Below, one piece after another: positions 55,170 through 64,000 of a DNA stretch of 64,000 nucleotides. A model generated the notes under the pieces. The model made no database searches. It saw nothing but the letters and a program-made list of their open reading frames with translations, and was not told the DNA's origin. Origin of the DNA: Pyrodictiaceae archaeon (GTDB lineage: Archaea > Thermoproteota > Thermoprotei_A > Sulfolobales > Pyrodictiaceae); NCBI GenBank assembly GCA_027036135.1, contig JALVSY010000016.1:1-64000 (forward strand), given 5' to 3'. The position numbers and the translations under genes are program-made. Every line of letters begins with the position of its first letter. The first letter of the stretch is position 1.

Positions 55170-55306
55170 GCAGCAGAGTTAGCTTAACTACCTGAGCCCC
55201 GCACCCGATGAACTCTCATTCAAGCTCCTCTTGGCGAGGCATTCCCGCCTGTCAGGAGAGGCTATCTACGCGTTAACCACAAATTAGACTCCACAAGTAC
55301 TCCCAA

Positions 55307-55563
<257 letters not shown>

Positions 55564-55821
55564 ATCCCTCCGTTGCGGGAGGGTCTCCACTTGTAGAAGA
55601 CCTAGCTATGGGGTTCTGGTTTATATGCTTTGGTCCTTCTCTTGGTGGGACTCGTTTCCCTTGTTCTATTGTTTCCTCTACGAGGCTGGGGATTAGGATT
55701 ATATAGGGAGCAGTGGGTGTGTCTCTCGTAGCGGATGTAGGTGGCTGTTTGAGTCCGCCAGCGCGACTAGTAGTGTGCCAGCTCGGTTTAGAAGCGCTGG
55801 TCTCTTGTGGGGTGAGGCGTC

Positions 55822-56349
55822 TCGGTACAGATACCACTTGATTACGTCTGTGTTAAGAGTGGCGTCCTATGTCCTCGCTGCCAGAGCCTTATTGATACGG
55901 GGGCTGTCCAAGAGTTCGAAGTCGATATTATGAGGGCATTGATAGAGCTTGAGGAAAACGAGGGCATGCAGATACTGAAGAAAGCAACCTATTACAAGTC
56001 ATACATGATTGGTGACGACTTAGTGATTATAGTGATGGATCTCGGTGTTGGTACTAGTGTACCGGTGTTTAGTAGATATGCAAGACAGATAGAGCAAAAG
56101 CTTAGAGAAAAACTAGGTAAGCGGGTAAAGGTTATACCACGTGCCAATGATGTTCGTGGTCTCGCTATGCACCTCTTATACCCAGCACGGATACTTGGCG
56201 TGAACACGCTTTGGTTACCCGATGGCAGCATCGAGTACGTTGTGCGGATACCCCGAAGCGATGCTAGGAGGCTCAGCAAGCACAAGGAGATGTATGAGAA
56301 AATATTGTCAGAGATACTCCGAAAACCAGTTAGAATAAAGTCCACGTAA
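55822..56349 (+). CDS. NusA paralogue with N-terminal Cys cluster; no canonical start before ATG 55930
   Basis: in-frame QIPLDYVCVKSGVLCPRCQ upstream of the ATG; LLYPARILGVNTLWLPDG; in-frame TGA at 55813. Confidence 0.8.
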   Translation, partial: SVQIPLDYVCVKSGVLCPRCQSLIDTGAVQEFEVDIMRALIELEENEGMQILKKATYYKSYMIGDDLVIIVMDLGVGTSVPVFSRYARQIEQKLREKLGKRVKVIPRANDVRGLAMHLLYPARILGVNTLWLPDGSIEYVVRIPRSDARRLSKHKEMYEKILSEILRKPVRIKST

Positions 56350-56358
56350 GCTGCGTCA

Positions 56359-57528
56359 CTATAGCCCATCGGGTATTTTTACTAATTCTCGTAGAACAAT
56401 GGTAGCATACTCGCCTGGGCCTAGCTCGAAGAATAACAATACTACTTTGTCTCCCAGCACTCTGGCACCTAGATGCTTGGGAAATAGAGCTACTGGTCTC
56501 CAATAGGGCTTCACTCTACCTATGACTGGGAATGGCTTCTCCAATGCATTCTTGCTAAGCCCTACGTGCTCGATTACGTATTCTAGGATTCTGCGTGCTT
56601 CCCCATCTATTCCTAATCGATACCCTATCCCAGGGACGAGGGCAAGAGGTGGGCTTGTTTTTCCTCGCTCACCCTTTATGGGCTCATTTAGCCCGTAGCC
56701 CTTCTCTATCCTCAGGGAGAGATAGAGATTGAATAGGTAAGCTTGTAGTGCTGATGCATAGAGTGACAAGATTTTACGAGAAAGCCCTGCTACATAGTCT
56801 CTCGGGCTACGAGCTTTTCTTACTAGAAGGGACTCGTAGAGAGCACTACCGCAGCCCCGCCACCTTCTTAGCCTGCATAGCTTATTCCCACTGCTCTCAT
56901 CAGGATACGGAGAGTTTAAAAGTTCATCAAGATAGCTAATTAAGTCTCGTGAAAGGAGAGCGAGTCCTAGGAGATGTGTATTCGGTCTCCGTGTTCCGAA
57001 TCTTTGGTATCCATAGTAATTTGGCAGCATCTTTCCTTTAAGCTTATTTATTCTCTCCATGGTTTCTTCGATATTGCCTAGTGGTTCGAGGATTATCCAG
57101 AACTTGTTGCCTAGTGGTGGTTGTTCTTTACACTTCTCGCTATAGCCTACTAGCCTTGCCATTACAGAGCCTTCTCCAAGTCGTAGAAATGCTGGATGCT
57201 CGGCATCGTGTCTGCATGGTATGCAGACGTATTGTAGCGTAGTGGCCTCCGTGTCCTTTAGCCCGAAGAAAAGCGGCTTCCCCATGGCTATGGTTCGTAA
57301 AGCCCTCTTGAGTAATGATACTGCTTGGAGACTTGGTTTCCCCCGTTTAACCAGGGCATAAACACAATATCGTGCCCGCTGTCTCTGAGGAAGTATTGGT
57401 GGCTCCTCGCCGACAATGAAGCATCTTTCTCTTGGTCTACAAATCCTTGCTATGGCTGGGCCGCTAGTCACTCTATACCATAGGCCGAGTAGTCTATCTA
57501 GGCTCCATGGCGACAAATATGTATCCAA
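56359..57528 (-). CDS. truD: tRNA pseudouridine-13 synthase TruD
   Basis: GLKD, PNYYGYQRFG, QAYLFN, GEYATIVLRE. Confidence 0.9.
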   Translation of the reverse strand: MDTYLSPWSLDRLLGLWYRVTSGPAIARICRPRERCFIVGEEPPILPQRQRARYCVYALVKRGKPSLQAVSLLKRALRTIAMGKPLFFGLKDTEATTLQYVCIPCRHDAEHPAFLRLGEGSVMARLVGYSEKCKEQPPLGNKFWIILEPLGNIEETMERINKLKGKMLPNYYGYQRFGTRRPNTHLLGLALLSRDLISYLDELLNSPYPDESSGNKLCRLRRWRGCGSALYESLLVRKARSPRDYVAGLSRKILSLYASALQAYLFNLYLSLRIEKGYGLNEPIKGERGKTSPPLALVPGIGYRLGIDGEARRILEYVIEHVGLSKNALEKPFPVIGRVKPYWRPVALFPKHLGARVLGDKVVLLFFELGPGEYATIVLRELVKIPDGL

Positions 57529-57573
57529 TTCCTTGCACGCTCGTCGCGGACTATCTAAGCTTGCCCGGAATAA

Positions 57574-57951
57574 TCAGAAGAGCTTGAGCCTACCAGTCAC
57601 CTTGTCAACTAGCGAGCTGGGTGCTGGGCCAACAGCTATTGCGGTAAGCGTGCCAGGAGGTAGCTCCGTGAGCCCTGCATCCCTTATCAGTGACGCTGGT
57701 AGCCCTAATCGTCGTGCTTCCTCGAAGAGTCTGAGTAGCTCTTGCTCACTATTAGCTCTAAGCACGACCTTTTTCTGCCTCTCTTTTCTCCAGTCACGGA
57801 GCCACTTGTGCCAAGTAGTATTAGTGGAGTCTATAATGAGTAGAACCGCCTCCACAGCTGCATGCGCAGCCTGGGCCGCTGCTTTTCCCTTGCTCATCTT
57901 TATGTCGCTTCTAAGCACTATTGATTGCTTATACTCGCTCAAGTGCTCCAT
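57574..57951 (-). CDS. pth2: peptidyl-tRNA hydrolase Pth2
   Basis: MSKGKAAAQAAHA, QKKVVL, DAGLTE. Confidence 0.96.
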   Translation of the reverse strand: MEHLSEYKQSIVLRSDIKMSKGKAAAQAAHAAVEAVLLIIDSTNTTWHKWLRDWRKERQKKVVLRANSEQELLRLFEEARRLGLPASLIRDAGLTELPPGTLTAIAVGPAPSSLVDKVTGRLKLF

Positions 57952-58055
57952 GCTTCTCCGCCTCTCAGGATACCGTGGCTCACCAAGTGGCTCTGAGAAG
58001 CATAAGTCTAATAATTAGGCCTCTTATCAGTTCTGCCCGGGGGTGCTAGGGTAAG

Positions 58056-58271
58056 GTGGCGCTGAGCCTAGAGGTTCCGCGCAAGCCCAGCATAGTTGAG
58101 GCTACAAAGCTACCAGTTTGCACGAGTTGTGGTAGGCCAATACCGCCGTGGGAGAAGGCAGTAGCATTTGTCTGCCCGAACTGCGGCGAAGTAGTGATTT
58201 GGCGCTGTGCTCGCTGCAGGAAGATGGGCGTACCCTATAAGTGCCCCAAGTGCGGGTTCGAGGGACCCTAG
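58056..58271 (+). CDS. Zn-ribbon RNA-binding protein (COG2888/HVO_2753-like)
   Basis: four CxxC motifs ending CGFEGP; upstream of EF-1beta. Confidence 0.92.
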   Translation: MALSLEVPRKPSIVEATKLPVCTSCGRPIPPWEKAVAFVCPNCGEVVIWRCARCRKMGVPYKCPKCGFEGP

Positions 58272-58297
58272 AACTAAGGCTTGGAGGCGGGAACACG

Positions 58298-58576
58298 ATG
58301 GCTAAGGTCCTAGTAGTGGTATCGATTTACCCGTCAAGTACTGATATAGATCTAGACCAGTTAGTGGAGAAAATAAAGGCAAAACTTCCCAACGACTATA
58401 ACATTGCTAAATATGATAAGGTACCTATTGCCTTCGGGCTTAATGCTCTCAAGGTCTACTTCGTTATACCGGAGGAGAGTGAGGGCGGTACCTCAAAACT
58501 AGAGGAGCTACTCCAAGGCGTTGAGGGTGTTGAGGAGATAGAAGTAGAAGCTGTTCATAGAATATCCGAGTACTAA
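58298..58576 (+). CDS. ef1b: elongation factor 1-beta
   Basis: PIAFGLNAL; SD GGAGG. Confidence 0.94.
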   Translation: MAKVLVVVSIYPSSTDIDLDQLVEKIKAKLPNDYNIAKYDKVPIAFGLNALKVYFVIPEESEGGTSKLEELLQGVEGVEEIEVEAVHRISEY

Positions 58577-58817
58577 CGTAATCAGAGTCTTTTCGAATAG
58601 CTCTCTGTATAACATTTTTATTTATGTACTCATAGCCCCTTATTAAACCAGTCCTGCATCTCTCCGTCTTAGAAAAGACTACATAGATAAACCGCTAGGG
58701 TTCTTGCATACTTTATGGGCTCAAGAGACCCTAGTATACCTAGGCGTAGGCGTATACCTAAATTAGGCGCTAAGGGTGTTACCGTAAGGAATAAGGCTCG
58801 TAGAGCTAGGTGAGTAA

Positions 58818-61031
<2,214 letters not shown>

Positions 61032-61220
61032 CACGCATCTAGCTACTCGGCCGGTACTAGTGAATAGGGATATCATTTTTCATTTGTCCTAGAGACGACC
61101 CTTACTTTGGTAAATGAATCTCATAACTGCGCCTCTCTAGTCCCTAATTCATCCTATCTCTTAGTCAGTAGCCTCGATAATGAACATATCCGTATTGGAG
61201 CAGAGGAGGCGGGATGTATT

Positions 61221-61454
61221 ATGAGTATAAATGGGTGGAGAAGTATACCACTATACTATGCTATAGTGGAAGAGCTTGAACGAAGAGGTGGCAGCGCAAA
61301 GGATATCGACATATACCGTGCTCTTAGAGACAAGTATGATTTATCTTTCTCAGAGTTCCTCAAGGAGTTAATGAAGCTAGAAATGCACGGTGTTATTCGT
61401 GTCGAGGTTCTTAAGGAGAATCTTAGGAATATTGAGCTTATAGCCAAGCCTTAA
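61221..61454 (+). CDS. small winged-helix protein
   Basis: [21 protein letters not shown]; SD GAGGAGG. Confidence 0.7.
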   Translation: MSINGWRSIPLYYAIVEELERRGGSAKDIDIYRALRDKYDLSFSEFLKELMKLEMHGVIRVEVLKENLRNIELIAKP

Positions 61455-61492
61455 GAAGCAGTACTTGTTTGAGCATATACCTGGGGCTAGCC

Positions 61493-62548
61493 GTGGGCGT
61501 TAACATAAGGGAAATAATCCCGCCTGAGGCTATAAAGACAATAGATCTTCCGTTCCTCAAGTACAAGGTAGTTGCTATCGATGCCTATAATGCTCTTTAT
61601 CAGTTCTTAACTGCTATAAGGCAGCCAGACGGCACACCCCTAATGGACTCAAAGGGCCGTGTCACAAGTCATTTGAGTGGACTCTTTTATCGAACAATCA
61701 ACCTCGTTGAGAACGGCATAAAGATTGTGTACGTGTTTGATGGGAAGCCGCCGGAGATGAAGTATACTGAGATAGAGCGCAGGAAGAAGGTGAAGTCAGA
61801 GGCTGTTAAGAAGTACGAGGAGGCGATAAAGCGCGGCGACCTAGAGGCCGCTAGGAGATATGCCCAAATGGCTTCAAAGCTTACCGAAGACATGGTGCAA
61901 GATGCCAAGAAGCTTCTCGAGGCAATGGGTATACCGTATGTACAAGCAAAAGCAGAGGGCGAGGCACAGGCAGCATACATGGCCAGAAAAGGTGATGCAT
62001 GGGCAGCAGCGAGCCAGGATTACGATTCCCTTCTCTTCGGCGCACCAAGGCTTGTAAGGAACCTGGCAATCACGGGGAGAAGGAAGCTTCCACGCAAGGA
62101 CGTCTATATAGAGGTTAAGCCAGAGCTAATAGAACTCAACACACTCCTCAAGGCACTAGGTATTACACGTGAGCAACTCATAGCCATAGGTATACTCGTT
62201 GGCACAGACTATAACCCGGACGGTGTAAAGGGGGTAGGCCCGAAGACCGCGCTCAAAATGGTAAAAGCTCACAAGGACCCAGTAAAGCTTCTACAAAGCT
62301 TACCAAGGCACGAGTTCCCTGTAGACCCGGTAAAGATATACGAGTACTTCCTCAATCCTCCAGTAAATACTGATTATAAGCTAGAGTGGCGGGAACCCGG
62401 CGAGAAAAAAGTATTCGAGATACTGGTCGAGGAGCACGACTTCAACCCGGAGCGGGTAAAGAATGCCCTAGAGCGCCTCAAGAAGGCCTATCGGGAGCAT
62501 ATAAAGGGTAAGCAAACAGGGCTTGACGCCTGGCTAAGGAAACGATAG
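61493..62548 (+). CDS. fen: flap endonuclease 1
   Basis: [28 protein letters not shown]-terminal PIP box QTGLDAW. Confidence 0.97.
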   Translation: MGVNIREIIPPEAIKTIDLPFLKYKVVAIDAYNALYQFLTAIRQPDGTPLMDSKGRVTSHLSGLFYRTINLVENGIKIVYVFDGKPPEMKYTEIERRKKVKSEAVKKYEEAIKRGDLEAARRYAQMASKLTEDMVQDAKKLLEAMGIPYVQAKAEGEAQAAYMARKGDAWAAASQDYDSLLFGAPRLVRNLAITGRRKLPRKDVYIEVKPELIELNTLLKALGITREQLIAIGILVGTDYNPDGVKGVGPKTALKMVKAHKDPVKLLQSLPRHEFPVDPVKIYEYFLNPPVNTDYKLEWREPGEKKVFEILVEEHDFNPERVKNALERLKKAYREHIKGKQTGLDAWLRKR

Positions 62549-62571
62549 AGCCAACTATGCTTAAAGGGATT

Positions 62572-63261
62572 TTAGTACTCGTGGAGATGCCACCCGTACT
62601 CTCCTACTAGAGGTACGAAGAGGACAGGTATCGTAGGCTTTACTTTTATCTCACCATTCTCCTTCTTCTCAACAATGTACAGTACTTGTGAGTAACGATC
62701 ACCAACGGGTATAACCATTTTGCCCCCGGGGCGAAGCTGGTCTATGAGAGGCTGAGGTATATCCGGTGCAGCAGCTGTTACAATTATTCTATCGTATGGA
62801 GCCTTCTCCGGGTACCCCTTTGTGCCGTCCCCCACAATGACGGTGACGCGGTCAGCGTAGCCTGCCCGCCTAAGATTCTCCTGCGCCCTCTTAGCAAGCT
62901 CTGGTATACGCTCAATGCTGTAGACATGCCCCCACTCCTCCCTGGGTGCATCACTCGGCGCTACCATCTCTGCTATAACTGCTGCATGATAGCCAGAGCC
63001 AGTCCCAACCTCAAGCACCTTCATCCCAGTGTCAAGGTCAGCGTACTCGCACATGAGAGCAACCATATGGGGCGCACTAATCGTTTGGCCATGGCCTATG
63101 GGGAGCGGCGTATCCTCGTAAGCTAAGTATCTCAAGTCATCTGGCACAAACAACTCTCTCGGTACACGAAGCATTGCCTTCATTACCTTCTCCGACCTTA
63201 TATACCCTTCCTCAACGAGACTCCTAACTAGGCGTCGCCTAAGCTCCTCAAATCGCTGCAT
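62572..63261 (-). CDS. pcm: protein-L-isoaspartate O-methyltransferase
   Basis: [27 protein letters not shown]. Confidence 0.96.
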   Translation of the reverse strand: MQRFEELRRRLVRSLVEEGYIRSEKVMKAMLRVPRELFVPDDLRYLAYEDTPLPIGHGQTISAPHMVALMCEYADLDTGMKVLEVGTGSGYHAAVIAEMVAPSDAPREEWGHVYSIERIPELAKRAQENLRRAGYADRVTVIVGDGTKGYPEKAPYDRIIVTAAAPDIPQPLIDQLRPGGKMVIPVGDRYSQVLYIVEKKENGEIKVKPTIPVLFVPLVGEYGWHLHEY

Positions 63262-63278
63262 CGGCAGACCTTATCCCC

Positions 63279-63863
63279 GTGATGTCTAGGAGGGCATTAC
63301 TCTTCTTAACGCTTAGCTCACATAAGAGCATCGCGATAATGGATGTTTATGTGGCGGACTCTGCCTTGGCGCTGACTCTGTTGAGATGTAGGGGTCATCC
63401 CGACGTACAGGTATCGCATCCAACAACACTTGAGCTCGAAGAAGAATCATTCCTAACAATACGAGGCGACTGTATAGTATGTATTGAGTGTACCGGTGCA
63501 GACGAGCTTCGTAAGCTTGCAGCGGGGAAGGGGCTCGTAAAGCTCTTCATAGTAGCAATGAATCCTTTCCTAAGTCCTTACATAGCCTATGCTATTGTTG
63601 ATGGTTTTCTCCCAGCTAAGCAGCCTAAGAGGCTCATTGTGAGGAAGAGTACTCATCGAGAAAACAGCGTCATTATCTGCTCATCGCTTAGCGCTTTAGA
63701 GCTGCCTAGCGACTTAAGGAAACTGCTTAGGAGCAATTATACCAAGTGCTATGCATTACTCGTCTCCTCTACCCTCGGCGGCGACGTCGACGCGGTATAT
63801 GAACTTGCGGGGTGCATAGTCAAGGACGCGAGTAGCGCTAATGGAGCCGGGGACAAGGTTTAA
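63279..63863 (+). CDS. DUF371 family protein
   Basis: RGHPDV..SHPTTLE..LTIRGDCI, IVRKS. Confidence 0.8.
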   Translation: MMSRRALLFLTLSSHKSIAIMDVYVADSALALTLLRCRGHPDVQVSHPTTLELEEESFLTIRGDCIVCIECTGADELRKLAAGKGLVKLFIVAMNPFLSPYIAYAIVDGFLPAKQPKRLIVRKSTHRENSVIICSSLSALELPSDLRKLLRSNYTKCYALLVSSTLGGDVDAVYELAGCIVKDASSANGAGDKV

Positions 63864-64000
63864 GGCCTCCTCTCGTGTCCGTGCCACGACATACACGTGG
63901 ATAATGCATCCCTGTGGGCTACAGAGCCTATGGGCCGTGTCGAGGAATTCTGTTGAGCTATGAGGGAGGTTCATTATAATCCTTGTAAAAACTGGTCTAA
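63756..64000 (-). CDS. C-terminal part of a Trm5/Tyw2-like class I tRNA methyltransferase (runs off the window)
   Basis: RIIMNLP, IIHVY, RVLDYAP; frame is open to the window edge. Confidence 0.8.
   Translation of the reverse strand, partial: RPVFTRIIMNLPHSSTEFLDTAHRLCSPQGCIIHVYVVARTREEALNLVPGSISATRVLDYAPRKFIYRVDVAAEGRGDE

Noticed and set aside
55190-55262. CTGA..GATGAA K-loop-like motif and a hairpin upstream of int(N)
   Set aside because: The stems are short and there is no complete C/D architecture; insufficient evidence for an RNA gene.
58695-58760. Imperfect inverted repeats upstream of cdc48
   Set aside because: Imperfect and with no recognisable operator consensus; cannot be distinguished from chance.

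Overview
A gene-dense, mostly core-genome window from a hyperthermophilic crenarchaeon. Desulfurococcales, probably Pyrodictiaceae-like, is inferred from the single-chain rpoB, the str cluster lacking EF-2 and the SSV-type integrase remnant. It contains the RNA polymerase/str superoperon (rpoH-rpoB-rpoA1-rpoA2-L30e-nusA-S12-[DUF151]-S7-EF1a-S10-tRNA-Ser), two proteasome beta subunits, aCPSF1, many RNA-modification and translation genes, Cdc48, FEN1 and a large DEAD/H helicase. The unusual features are: (1) a ~2.7 kb decayed integrated element at tRNA-Ala(GGC), with an SSV1-type integrase N-fragment, small DNA-binding genes, operator-like palindromes and an embedded box C/D sRNA whose two guides match 16S rRNA; (2) a 3'-only tRNA-Glu(CTC) piece at the window start behind a long hairpin; (3) three conserved genes (EndoV, CitG-like, NusA paralogue) whose N-termini have no ATG/GTG/TTG but have ACG, CTG or TCG at normal SD spacing; (4) two homopolymer frameshifts (TFB3-like, PAC2); and (5) several apparent pseudoenzymes and unannotated small genes or ncRNA candidates. 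All family assignments are from motif recognition only; no searches were run.
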